Source: an uncultured Verrucomicrobiota bacterium (GTDB taxonomy: Bacteria; Verrucomicrobiota; Verrucomicrobiia; Limisphaerales; MWDV01). From it: a stretch of 64,000 bases of DNA. Positions 17,834-27,021 of the stretch are shown one piece after another (positions within the stretch are counted from its first letter, which is position 1; each line of letters starts with the position of its first letter). Location of the stretch: NCBI GenBank assembly GCA_964548925.1, contig CAZJTM010000001.1, forward strand, positions 23,826 to 87,825. The letters run 5' to 3'. The translations under genes and the position numbers were made by a program. Below the pieces are notes generated by a model, which was given only the letters and a program-made list of their open reading frames with translations, ran no database searches and was not told where the DNA came from.

Positions 17834-18505
17834 TCAGCGCAGCGTCAGCACATTCGTTCGGCCACCCCCGGTGAGCGTGACGGTTTCCGGTTCAATTGCA
17901 AGGACGCGCCATTCCGCGACCCGTTCGCCGACAAACAGCAGTTTGCCATTGATGACCGCCGACGGACGCGTGGGATGGTGAAGAATACCCTGCAACTTGA
18001 GCGGAGTTGCTTTGGGCGCAGTTTCCGGCGGCGGCGCGCTCGTGGCCACGCTGGTGACAGCTTGGCCATTTGTGGCTGGCAGGACGGACTCACTGGCTGG
18101 CAGCGCGGACGCCACGGTTGAGGACGGGGCGGTCACAAGCTTCGATTCGGTGGGAGCGGGAGTCGCCGTCGCACCGGAGGTTGTTGAAGCGGGAACAGCC
18201 GCAGTCGCCGATTCAGGGGAACTGGGGGATGCCGGCCGAGGCGGCGCGGTCGGCGAGGGCGGGGTCTGGGTGGACGCTGGCGTGAGGCCACTGGCGACCG
18301 GCGCGGGACGCCCTTGCTGAAACCACTGCCAAAGCAGAATGGACGCGCCGGCAACCACGATCGCGAAGAGCAGCAGCAACCAGAAACTGTGGTTGCGGGC
18401 GGGTCGCGGTTCGACCGGACGCAAGGGCGGTCCCGATGGGCCGCCGGGCGGGCACTGTTGCTGGGCTGCCTTGGCCCGCTTGAGGGCGTCATTGATGAGG
18501 CTCAT
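17834..18505 (-). CDS. GspB-like (T2SSB-domain) membrane protein
   Basis: MSLINDALKRAKAAQQQ start, TM helix FWLLLLFAIVVAGASILLW, a Pro/Ser/Thr/Ala-rich linker, and C-terminal LKLQGILHHPTRPSAVINGKLLFVGERVAEWRVLAIEPETVTL. The ATGA overlaps the ExeA-like gene stop. Confidence 0.65.
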   Translation of the reverse strand: MSLINDALKRAKAAQQQCPPGGPSGPPLRPVEPRPARNHSFWLLLLFAIVVAGASILLWQWFQQGRPAPVASGLTPASTQTPPSPTAPPRPASPSSPESATAAVPASTTSGATATPAPTESKLVTAPSSTVASALPASESVLPATNGQAVTSVATSAPPPETAPKATPLKLQGILHHPTRPSAVINGKLLFVGERVAEWRVLAIEPETVTLTGGGRTNVLTLR

Positions 18506-19317
18506 GCGTTGATCTTGCCTTCCAGTTCGCGCACGGCCCGGCCAACCATGTTCCAGGTGATGCAGCTCGTTTGGCACACGTAACCGGCAAGCATCGCCTT
18601 GTCGCACACGGCGTTGACAAGCCGGGGAATGCCGCGGCTGTAATGATGCACGCGCCAGAGCGCCGGTCGCGTGAAGCGCGGCACGCCCTTGGCGCCGGAC
18701 ACTTCCAGCCGGTGCTGGATGTAGTGGCTGACCTCAAACCGGTTGAGCGGGAGCAGATGGTAGCGGACGGTGATGCGCTGGCGGAGTTGGCGCAGGCGCG
18801 GGTTGTTTAAGCGGTCGCGCAACTCCGGCTGCCCCATCAAGACGATCTGGAGCAGCTTGCGGGTGTCCGTCTCCAGGTTGGAAAGCAGGCGCACCTGTTC
18901 GAGCAACTCGTCGGTCAGGTCCTGGGCCTCGTCAATGATCAGCACCGCATCGCGCTGCTGCCCGGCGAGGTGGAGCAGATGCTCATTGATCGCGGCGACC
19001 GTTTCCAACCGGTCGAGCCCCTTGGTTTCGAGCCCGAACTCCATCGCGATGGCTTTCATCAACTGGTCCGCGCTCATCACCGGATTCAGGATCAAGGCGG
19101 TGGAGAAGTGGCCGTCCAGTTGTTCGAGCAGGGCCCGGCAGAGCGTAGTCTTGCCGGCGCCCACTTCGCCGGTCAACTGAACGAAACCCTTGCGCTCGCG
19201 AATGCCGTACAGGAGGTGATTGAACGCCTCGCGATGCTTGGCGCTGTAAAACAGGAAACGCGGGTTCGGCGTGATGTCGAACGGCGGCTCTTTCAGGCCG
19301 TAGTATTCCTGGTACAC
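18502..19317 (-). CDS. ExeA/GspA-like AAA ATPase
   Basis: YYGLKEPPFDITPNPRFLFYSAKHREAFNHLLYGI signature N-terminus, Walker A GEVGAGKTT and Walker B LIIDEAQ. GTG start at 19317. Confidence 0.85.
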   Translation of the reverse strand: MYQEYYGLKEPPFDITPNPRFLFYSAKHREAFNHLLYGIRERKGFVQLTGEVGAGKTTLCRALLEQLDGHFSTALILNPVMSADQLMKAIAMEFGLETKGLDRLETVAAINEHLLHLAGQQRDAVLIIDEAQDLTDELLEQVRLLSNLETDTRKLLQIVLMGQPELRDRLNNPRLRQLRQRITVRYHLLPLNRFEVSHYIQHRLEVSGAKGVPRFTRPALWRVHHYSRGIPRLVNAVCDKAMLAGYVCQTSCITWNMVGRAVRELEGKINA

Positions 19318-19478
19318 GCCCGCCTTTCTAACAAAACGACGGCGCGACAGGAAACCAAAAGGTTCGGATGCTTGGCATCCTTGGCGTCCGCCGTGAATTC
19401 AAAGCGTTCAGGAATTCGGTTCTCGAGCGGTGGCTGGTGGCTGCAGAGTCTTGACGTGTTGACTGCGCCCCTTGGGAT

Positions 19479-20063
19479 TCAGGGACGCCGCGGAGGACCA
19501 GCAAGAGGCCGGAGCCTCCGCCCTTCGGTCGAGTCTTCGATCAAATGCGTCAGGCGCCGCCGCCGTGTTTCCTCCCGTTTCGCACTCATCACCCACCGAA
19601 CCGTCTTCCGCTGGCAACCGGGAGGCTGGCTCTGGAAGAAGTCCCACGCTCGCTTCCGCGCTTGGAAGCGCCTCAGAAGCTCGGGCGGCAGCGTGTTTGC
19701 GGTCTGCCCGTATATGTAGCGGCCAACCCGCGTCGCGTCGCGGGCCGCGTAAGCCGCCAACCCGGCCGGGGTCATCTTGCCCGATTGCTTCAGCCGCTCG
19801 GCGTGTCCGATGTTCACCCGGCTCCAATGGCTCTTTGGCCGCCTCGGAGTGAAGCGGATTTGATAGCTGATTACGTCCACCCGTTTCCGCACGCCGTCAA
19901 TCCAGCCAAAACACAGCGCCTCATCCAGCGCCTCGGCGTAAGTGATCCCGCCTTTCCCGGAATCCACCTTGTAGAATCCGAGCCACAACTCAGCGGCGAA
20001 ATGCCCGTTGGACTGCAACCACCGCCGGAAATCGGAGGCCGACCTGAAGAACCGGGGGTTCAT
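19479..20063 (-). CDS. YdeI/OmpD-associated family protein (DUF1801-like)
   Basis: FRSASDFRRWLQSNGHFAAELWLGFYK...EALCFGWIDGVRKRVD...RFTPRRPKSHWSRVN matches the YdeI-family pattern. Confidence 0.7.
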   Translation of the reverse strand: MNPRFFRSASDFRRWLQSNGHFAAELWLGFYKVDSGKGGITYAEALDEALCFGWIDGVRKRVDVISYQIRFTPRRPKSHWSRVNIGHAERLKQSGKMTPAGLAAYAARDATRVGRYIYGQTANTLPPELLRRFQARKRAWDFFQSQPPGCQRKTVRWVMSAKREETRRRRLTHLIEDSTEGRRLRPLAGPPRRP

Positions 20064-20105
20064 GCCGGGCTTCGGCCCATTGGGGCCGCGCTCGCGCCCG
20101 CTGGC

Positions 20106-21278
20106 TCAATACTGCTGGGTGGATTCATCCTCCGTGATGGGGAGCGCGAATTGATCGCCGCGCAATTCAACCTTGAAGCGCGCATCGGCCGCTTGTGTCG
20201 CCTTGACCACAACGCGCCAGGAGGCCACGGCCTTCGGCGCGAGCACGGGGATCGCGTCCAGCGTGAGGGTGTCGGCTTGCGCGCTGACCGGCGTGAAGCC
20301 CGTGCCGGAGACAAACTCCTGCGCGGTGGGAAGCGTGCAAACCAATCGGATATTCGTGCCGGGCGCGGTGCCTTGATTGGTCACTTTGATTTCATACGTT
20401 ACTTCCTTGCCGACCTCGATGGGATCTTCGAGGTCCACGACTTCCAACAAGATGGCGGGGATACCGACAATGGTGGTCGCGCACGAAGACGGAGCGGTCG
20501 TGGCGCCTGCGGCTTCGGCCGTGGCGCTGAAGGACAGCAATCCCGGCTCGCGCATGGCGAAGACCACGCAAACCCGCCGGCTGTCTCCGGCTTCGAGGTT
20601 GGCCAGTTCCCAACTCACGCGTTCCGCGGTGGCGACACCGCCATCCCCAGTCCGAACAACGGTTGCCCCCGAGGGAACGGGCAGCCCGACGAATGTCCGG
20701 TGGAGCGGCACATTTCCGGTGTTGCGGACAGTCAGACACACCTCGACCGGTCGCCCGGCGATGACCTGGGCCGGCGCGTCGCAGGCCAGCGTCAACGCCA
20801 GCCGGGGTTCCGGGCCGAGGTCCTCGAGGTAGAAGTTGCTGCACGGCTTGGGCGTGATGCACTGGTAGCGCCGGCCCTTGGAGGAAAAGGTGAACGCGTA
20901 GGCGGAGATCGGCTCCGCGCCGGCCCAAAGCACGTTGCGCAGGCAAACCGGCTGGCCGTTTTCGCGTGACGACATGAACGGCATCGTGTCGCCAACGGGG
21001 ATTTTCACCTCGACGATTTCGTTCGTAAGCGCCGCGCCGTGGAGGTCCTCGAGGTTCCCGGGCCAACCCCACTGGCGCAGGATGGAAGCGATGTCCGGTT
21101 TCAGCTTTTCGTCACGGAAGCGGGCGCGCAAATCCTCGGGCGTCGCGAGCGGCGGAGCGAACCGCGTGGCGGGATTCCCCAGCCGGGTGGCCCGGTGTTG
21201 TTCCGCCGGGGCGGGCGCGGCGAGCAGCACGCCGAACACAAAGGCACAGCCAAAAAAAAAGGAAGTCGCGCGTTTCAT
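20106..21278 (-). CDS. Secreted protein with two DUF11-type (OmcB-like) beta-sandwich repeats
   Basis: Signal peptide MKRATSFFFGCAFVFGVLLAAPAPA. Repeats: VEVCLTVRNTGNVPL...ANLEAGDSRRVCVVF and VTYEIKVTNQGTAPGTNIRLVCTLP...LAPKAVASWRVVVKA. Confidence 0.65.
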   Translation of the reverse strand: MKRATSFFFGCAFVFGVLLAAPAPAEQHRATRLGNPATRFAPPLATPEDLRARFRDEKLKPDIASILRQWGWPGNLEDLHGAALTNEIVEVKIPVGDTMPFMSSRENGQPVCLRNVLWAGAEPISAYAFTFSSKGRRYQCITPKPCSNFYLEDLGPEPRLALTLACDAPAQVIAGRPVEVCLTVRNTGNVPLHRTFVGLPVPSGATVVRTGDGGVATAERVSWELANLEAGDSRRVCVVFAMREPGLLSFSATAEAAGATTAPSSCATTIVGIPAILLEVVDLEDPIEVGKEVTYEIKVTNQGTAPGTNIRLVCTLPTAQEFVSGTGFTPVSAQADTLTLDAIPVLAPKAVASWRVVVKATQAADARFKVELRGDQFALPITEDESTQQY

Positions 21279-21372
21279 GGCGGTAAAGTTGTTGGAATCC
21301 CAGCGCAGAAACCAGCGAATAATCCTCCCGCATGAAGCGGGCGGGAAGCCCGTCGTGTGGACTACCGAACCC

Positions 21373-23112
21373 TCAGTGCATCATGGTCAAGACCAGCACC
21401 TGCTCCAGCGTTGAAACGCCGTCGCGGGCGCGATCCAGCGCCACCATGCGCAAGGTACGCATGCCCTGGCTGATGGCCACCTTGCTGATGTCTTGGGCGT
21501 TGGCGCGGGCAATGATGAGCTTCCGGATCTCGTCCGTCACGGTCATGGCTTCAATGATCGCGAGCCGTCCCGCGTAACCGGAGTTCTTGCAGCGTTCGCA
21601 GCCGCGGCCGCGATGCAGCGTGACGCCGTCGAACATGCCGGGGTCAATGCCCAGGTCTTGAAACATCTTCGGCGGATAAGTGATGGGCTCCTTGCAGTGC
21701 GAACAAATGCGGCGCATCAGGCGTTGGGCGCAGGCGAGAATCACCGACGAAGAAATGAGGAACGGCGCGATGCCCATGTCGTCCAAGCGCGCGATGGCGC
21801 CGGCGGCGTCGTTGCAGTGCATCGTGCTGAGCACCTGGTGGCCGGTGAGCGCGGCTTCAATGGCAATCTCCGCCGTCTCCGTGTCGCGGATTTCCCCGAT
21901 CATCACAATGTCCGGGTCCTGACGGAGGATGGAGCGGAGGGCGCTGGCAAAGGTCAGGCCGATCTCCTTCTTGACCGGCACCTGGTTGATGCCGGGAATC
22001 TGAAACTCCACGGGGTCTTCGACGGTGACGATGTTGTAGATGGGGTTGTTGAGTTCGTTGAGCGCGGAATACAGGGTGGTCGTCTTGCCGGAGCCGGTGG
22101 GGCCGGTCACGAGGATCAACCCGTGCGGCGCGTCCACGGCGGCCTTGACTTGCCGGAAGGTCGCCTCGTCAAGCCCCAGTTTGTCCAGGCTGGCGGAGAG
22201 ATTGGTCTTGTCGAGCACGCGGAGCACGATCTTCTCGCCGTGAACCGTGGGCATGACCGAGACGCGCAGGTCGTAGTCCTTGCCACCCACGCGAATGCGC
22301 ATGCGGCCGTCCTGCGGCAGCCGGCGCTCCGCGATGTCGAGGCTCGACATGATCTTGAATCGCGAGGCCAGCGCGAGCTGCATCTGCTTCGGCGGCGGGG
22401 TGGAGTCGGTGAGCACCCCGTCCACGCGGTAGCGCAGGCGCACGTGCTTCTCGAACGGCTCAATGTGGATGTCGCTGGCGCGGTCCTTGATGGCTTGAAC
22501 GAGGATGAGATTGGCCAGTTTGATCACCGGCGCCTCTTCGCTCGACGCGGCAAGCTGGTCCAGGTTGACCTCTTCAGTGCTTTCCTTGGAAACCTCGATG
22601 TTGTCGGCGTCGGCGTCGGCTTCGCTGCGTTTCTTCGCGTCCTGGATGATGTCCTCGATGCTGCCGCTGCGGGAGGCGTCAAGGCCGTTGAGCTTGTCTT
22701 GGATGGCCCGTTCGGAGGCAATGAGCGGCGCCACGTCCAGCCGGGTGATGCGCTTGACGTCGTCAATCGCCAGCACGTTGAGCGGGTCGGCCATCGCTAG
22801 GAAGAGCTTGTTGTCCAAGCGGGCCACGGGCACGACCTTGTGGTTCTGCGAGAGGTCGCGCGGCAGCAGTTCCGTGATCTCGATCGGGATGCTGATCCGG
22901 CTCAGGTTGATGGGCGGCACGTTGAGCACGCGCCCCATGGACACGGCCATGTCGGACTCGCTGACGTAGGATTTCTCCAACGCCAGCTTGATGAGGCGGG
23001 TGCCGCCTTTCTTTTGCTGTTCGAGGAGTTCCTCGACCTGTTGCGGCGTGAGCAGGCCGTCCTCGACGAGCGCGTCGGCGATGCGTTCCCCAAATGTTTT
23101 GACCGGCGGCAT
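21373..23112 (-). CDS. Type II secretion / type IV pilus assembly ATPase (GspE/PilB family) with an N-terminal MshEN-type domain
   Basis: Walker A GPTGSGKTT, Asp/His boxes, and tetracysteine CSHCKE...CERCKNSGY. N-terminal T2SSE_N segments. Confidence 0.92.
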   Translation of the reverse strand: MPPVKTFGERIADALVEDGLLTPQQVEELLEQQKKGGTRLIKLALEKSYVSESDMAVSMGRVLNVPPINLSRISIPIEITELLPRDLSQNHKVVPVARLDNKLFLAMADPLNVLAIDDVKRITRLDVAPLIASERAIQDKLNGLDASRSGSIEDIIQDAKKRSEADADADNIEVSKESTEEVNLDQLAASSEEAPVIKLANLILVQAIKDRASDIHIEPFEKHVRLRYRVDGVLTDSTPPPKQMQLALASRFKIMSSLDIAERRLPQDGRMRIRVGGKDYDLRVSVMPTVHGEKIVLRVLDKTNLSASLDKLGLDEATFRQVKAAVDAPHGLILVTGPTGSGKTTTLYSALNELNNPIYNIVTVEDPVEFQIPGINQVPVKKEIGLTFASALRSILRQDPDIVMIGEIRDTETAEIAIEAALTGHQVLSTMHCNDAAGAIARLDDMGIAPFLISSSVILACAQRLMRRICSHCKEPITYPPKMFQDLGIDPGMFDGVTLHRGRGCERCKNSGYAGRLAIIEAMTVTDEIRKLIIARANAQDISKVAISQGMRTLRMVALDRARDGVSTLEQVLVLTMMH

Positions 23113-23115
23113 GGC

Positions 23116-23970
23116 TCAGCGAAACACTTTGCGAAGGTTCTTGATGATCTCGACCGGGGGCGCGAGATACCACAACAGCCGATTGGGCGTGGCGGCCGCC
23201 AGCTCTTTCGCGGCTTGCGCGTTGTAGGGGTTCGCCGTGGCCACCAGGATGGATTTGCTCATGCGGTCAAAGGGGAGCACGCACCAACGCTGGCACGTGG
23301 CCGCCGGGAACTTCCGCGCCAGGTCCAGATCGGGATCGTAGCGTTCCAGTGGCAGAAACCCCAGGCGGGTTTTGTCGCACAGCAGTTTCAAGGACCGTTC
23401 CAGCGGCAGAATGGCCTTGTCCGAGAGCAATTGGATGAACGGCTCGATCACGCCATTGGGCGGACTGGCGAGGTCGGGAGTGTGCCAGCAAAGGTCAAAA
23501 TCGCCCGCGGAGATCGTCTTCGATTCCACGAACACCCGGTACATGGATTGGCGGCCATCATCCACCGAGGCGGCGGTGAGTTTCTCCGTCGCCCGACGCG
23601 GCTGGCCAGGGGTGGCCTTTGCCACCGAGTCCATCCCGGGGGTGAGCGCCGGTTCGGTCCCGACGCTGGTGGCTTTGGCTTCGATCTCCCGCAGGGCCGC
23701 TTGCACGTCCTGGTCGTCCGGATACCGCTGCAGGATCGTTTCGTATTCGAGGATGGCCGAGGAAAGCTGGCCGAGCTGGACGTAAGCTTGCGCGATGCGC
23801 TTGGCCGTGGCCACGACCTCCTGGTCCTGGCCGAGCTTGGAATACGCTTCCTTGAGGATTTCGAGCGACTGATAGTCCTGCGGCTGCGATTGAGTGATCA
23901 CCTCGAACATCTCAATCGTCTGCATCAACTGAGCGATTTCGCTCTGCGTCAGTGCGGTCGCTGTGGCCAT
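23116..23970 (-). CDS. TPR-like N-terminus + T2SSE_N (GspE N-terminal-like) domain protein
   Basis: N-terminal helical repeats (AQAYVQLGQLSSAILEYETILQRYPDD). The C-terminal RLGFLPLERYDPDLDLARKFPAATCQRWCVLPFDRMSKSILVATANPYN resembles the GspE/PilB N-terminal domain. Its stop is 3 nt from the ATPase start. Confidence 0.6.
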   Translation of the reverse strand: MATATALTQSEIAQLMQTIEMFEVITQSQPQDYQSLEILKEAYSKLGQDQEVVATAKRIAQAYVQLGQLSSAILEYETILQRYPDDQDVQAALREIEAKATSVGTEPALTPGMDSVAKATPGQPRRATEKLTAASVDDGRQSMYRVFVESKTISAGDFDLCWHTPDLASPPNGVIEPFIQLLSDKAILPLERSLKLLCDKTRLGFLPLERYDPDLDLARKFPAATCQRWCVLPFDRMSKSILVATANPYNAQAAKELAAATPNRLLWYLAPPVEIIKNLRKVFR

Positions 23971-24670
23971 GAAAATCGAACCCGGTTCAATTCGGTGGCC
24001 CGCTCTGCTTCACTGCAATCGCAACTAGCAGAACGGGCATGGGTGCTGCACCAGCATTCTGCCCGCCACTTTACGGCTCGGGTTCCGCCAACGCAACCCC
24101 TCGTTGGTTTCCGCCTTCGAACCACAACCTGTGCTTGCGTGTTCGCATCCGGCGAGTCCCGAGTGTGCCCGCCGGTGCCGGCAAACGAGACAGTGAGTTC
24201 ACTTGGGCTGCCCAACTGACACGGAATTGGCCCGGGCTGATTCGACGCTCCGACCCGGCCCCGCCATGCGACGCCAGCGGGTTTAATTCAGCCTGTTGGA
24301 GAATTCCCGACAGCAACGGATGGGCAGACGGATTGCCAACCGCCTGCGGAATCCCACCGCAGGGGCAGGGTGCTCTTTCCCACAGGACAAGCCGGATCAA
24401 AAAGACGCTCCGCGCAACCCCCTCAAACTCAAGTCCCACACCGCGGACGCGCTCCAATGGCGCAAAGCCACAGTTCGTCATCCATACGAATTCGGGCAGT
24501 TTCCCGTTCAAGTTGGCCGAGCGGAGGGACAGGCTGGGTCCAGTGGCGAAATCCTTGGTTCTTGGCAGATTCCCGGGAACGGCGAATTGGTGGCGGTGAC
24601 CCGCTTCGCCGGGTTCCGTGTCACACCTGGCGCTTGGCACGCGCCGCTCTTCGCCGCATACTTCGGCCAC

Positions 24671-25729
24671 GTGATTGATACGAACGAGAAGTTGGACGCC
24701 TTCCTGCCCGTGCTGCGGGCAGCCCCATGGGTTTCCGTGGATACCGAGGCGGACAGCTTGCATGCCTACCCCGAGAAGGTTTGCCTGATTCAGATCAGCA
24801 CGGCCGCCGGAGACCGCCTGGTGGATCCCCTCGCCCCCATTGACCTGCCGCGCTTCCTCGAAACGCTGCGCGGCCATGATCTCATCATGCATGGGGCGGA
24901 TTACGACCTCCGCCTGCTCTGGAAACATCACCGGTTCACGCCGCGCTCCGTTTTCGACACCATGATCGCGGCGCGGCTGTTGGGGGTGCGCCAGTTCAGC
25001 CTGAATTCCCTCGTCACCCGCTATCTCGGCCTGACGTTGGACAAGGGCATGCAGAAAGCGGATTGGGCGCGCCGCCCGCTCACCGAGCGCATGGAGGCCT
25101 ACGCGCGGAACGACACGCGGCATCTCAAGCCGCTCGCCGACAAGCTCCGCGACGAACTGCGGCACAAGGGGCGCCTCACCTGGCACGAGGAATCCTGCGC
25201 GCGCCAATCCCAAGATTGCGCCCGCGATTTGGAGCCGGATGGAAACACTGTCTGGCGCATGAAAGGCAGCCACCTGCTCAACCGGCCCGCGCTGGCCGTC
25301 CTGCGCGAAATCTGGCGCTGGCGCGAGCAGGAAGCCACGGCTTCAAACCGTCCGCCGTTCTTCGTCCTCCCGCACGAAACCCTCACCCACCTGGCCGTCG
25401 CCGCGGTGGAGGCACGGCCCGTTGACCCGCTGCTGCCCCGCCGGTTCTCGGACCGCCGTCGCGAGGGCCTGCGACAAGCCATCCAACGCGGCCTGGCCCT
25501 TCCGCCGAGCCAGCACCCGGAATTGCTGCGCTTCCAATCGCGCCGGCTCAGCGAAGCCGAGCGCCGCCGCTTCGTGGAACTCGAGCGCCGCCGCGACGCG
25601 CAGGCCGCCAAGCTGGACCTGGACCCCTCGCTCATCGCCCCGCGGGCCACGCTGCTCGATCTCGCCCGCCATTGGGACAAACATGCCCCGGAATTGATGC
25701 AGTGGCAGCGCGAGTTGTTGCAGGCCTGA
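24671..25729 (+). CDS. rnd: Ribonuclease D (DEDDy 3'-5' exonuclease + HRDC)
   Basis: VSVDTEADSLHAYPEKVCLIQIS, LIMHGADYDLRLL and YARNDTRHL exo motifs, plus an HRDC-like ALAVLREIWRWREQEA. GTG 24671 (VIDTNEKLDAFL...) aligns with the usual RNase D N-terminus. The track ORF extends to TTG 24296, so the start is uncertain. Confidence 0.8.
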   Translation: MIDTNEKLDAFLPVLRAAPWVSVDTEADSLHAYPEKVCLIQISTAAGDRLVDPLAPIDLPRFLETLRGHDLIMHGADYDLRLLWKHHRFTPRSVFDTMIAARLLGVRQFSLNSLVTRYLGLTLDKGMQKADWARRPLTERMEAYARNDTRHLKPLADKLRDELRHKGRLTWHEESCARQSQDCARDLEPDGNTVWRMKGSHLLNRPALAVLREIWRWREQEATASNRPPFFVLPHETLTHLAVAAVEARPVDPLLPRRFSDRRREGLRQAIQRGLALPPSQHPELLRFQSRRLSEAERRRFVELERRRDAQAAKLDLDPSLIAPRATLLDLARHWDKHAPELMQWQRELLQA

Positions 25730-25851
25730 CGGCCAGCGGTTTCACTTGCGCCGCACCGTGGCGGCCGACCCCCGGCTGGCATATCCACTCACCGAGCCGC
25801 CCCGCGAAACTGGCGCTTGAACGAGGGCTTGCTCTCAGGTGGAATACCGCC

Positions 25852-26850
25852 ATGCGCATCTCCCGCAACCACCTCTTGACCGCGGCCGCCCTCGCCCTCG
25901 CCGGCTGCCAACATCCGCAGCCCGCCTGCTGCCCAAAGGCCACGCCCCCTGAATCTGCGGCGGTAACATCTGCCCCACAAACCAACCAACCGCTCGCCAA
26001 GCGTTACACCTATACGCCGCGGGTTTATCCCGTGGACGAGCGCGGCTTCTCGCCCGTCGGCAAGGCGCTCGAAAAGGCCTACGCCCGCGAAGACCTGGTG
26101 ACCGATGACGACGAGGGTTCGCTCAATCCCTACGTGATGAAAGTCATCTCCGCCTATCCGCTCGACGGCAGCTATCCGTATCACTGCGGCTGGACCCCGC
26201 GCGAATACGACATCTACAACGGCGTGACGGAGGACCAATGGTACCAAGGGATGGTGGTGGCCAAGGCGTATCCGGACGGCTCGCGTTGCAGCTACTGCTG
26301 CGGGTTCACCTTCGAGGTCTTCATCCGCGCCATGAAACTCCGCAACGTCCAAAAGGGTCTCGATCCCGACGATTTCAACGGGATGACCTTCAACGACCTC
26401 TTCAATCTGCTTCAGCTTTGGTATATCGAAGGGCCGGGCGACTGCGAGCAACGCGGCATCGTGGGCTACGGTCTCGGCAAGGCGATCACGGATTTCGAGC
26501 AGGTGAAGCCGGGCGATTTTCTCAGCTACAGCACCACGCCGCCGGGCGGGCACGCGGTCATCTTCATCGAGTGGCTGCGCGACGAGCAGAAGAAGATCAT
26601 CGGGATGAAGTATTTCTCCTCGAACCTCTCCGGCTCGAAGGGTGTCGGTTACGGGCAGGGCAAGTTCAGCGACTCGAACAATGGCCGCGGGCTGTTGCGC
26701 AACTCCCTGCGCATCGCCCGCGTCGGCGCGATCAAAGACTACAAACCCTTCAACCGCGCGGAGATCCCTGCCCGCAACGCCTACCTGCCCACACAGCCCA
26801 CGCGGATCCTCTACGTGCCCGCGCCAGCGGCGGACCCTACTGCAAAGTAG
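25852..26850 (+). CDS. Lipoprotein of unknown function; possible papain-like (NlpC/P60-type) Cys/His fold
   Basis: MRISRNHLLTAAALALAGCQ lipobox. The conserved-looking Cys (SRCSYCCGFTFEVF) and His (PPGGHAVIFIEW) are spaced as in NlpC/P60-like enzymes. The fold assignment is a guess. Confidence 0.55.
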   Translation: MRISRNHLLTAAALALAGCQHPQPACCPKATPPESAAVTSAPQTNQPLAKRYTYTPRVYPVDERGFSPVGKALEKAYAREDLVTDDDEGSLNPYVMKVISAYPLDGSYPYHCGWTPREYDIYNGVTEDQWYQGMVVAKAYPDGSRCSYCCGFTFEVFIRAMKLRNVQKGLDPDDFNGMTFNDLFNLLQLWYIEGPGDCEQRGIVGYGLGKAITDFEQVKPGDFLSYSTTPPGGHAVIFIEWLRDEQKKIIGMKYFSSNLSGSKGVGYGQGKFSDSNNGRGLLRNSLRIARVGAIKDYKPFNRAEIPARNAYLPTQPTRILYVPAPAADPTAK

Positions 26851-27021
26851 GGGCGACAGCTTGCAGCCTGCGGTAGTGCCGCGAAGCCTCCGGCGGGGCA
26901 GTGTGATGCGTCCAAGCCAACTCACTGACCTGCAACCTTGCCGGGAGCATCGCAAGCCACAGACCTGCGCCGCTACGGTTGGCCCGCTGTGCGGCAGCGA
27001 CACTGCAGCGACCAATCATGC

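Noticed and set aside
19545-20969. 474-aa plus-strand ORF
   Set aside because: It is antisense to the YdeI and DUF11 genes.
24234-24247. gggctgattcgacg, reminiscent of a tmRNA 5' end (GGGGCUGAUUCUGGAUUCGACGGG)
   Set aside because: The match is short and lacks the intervening segment. I found no tRNA-like 3' end (GGTTCGAATCC...CCACCA) within the next 300-450 nt and no tag reading frame.
24071-25273. 400-aa minus-strand ORF
   Set aside because: It is antisense to RNase D (DEDDy motifs on the plus strand) and extends into the non-coding gap. No motifs.
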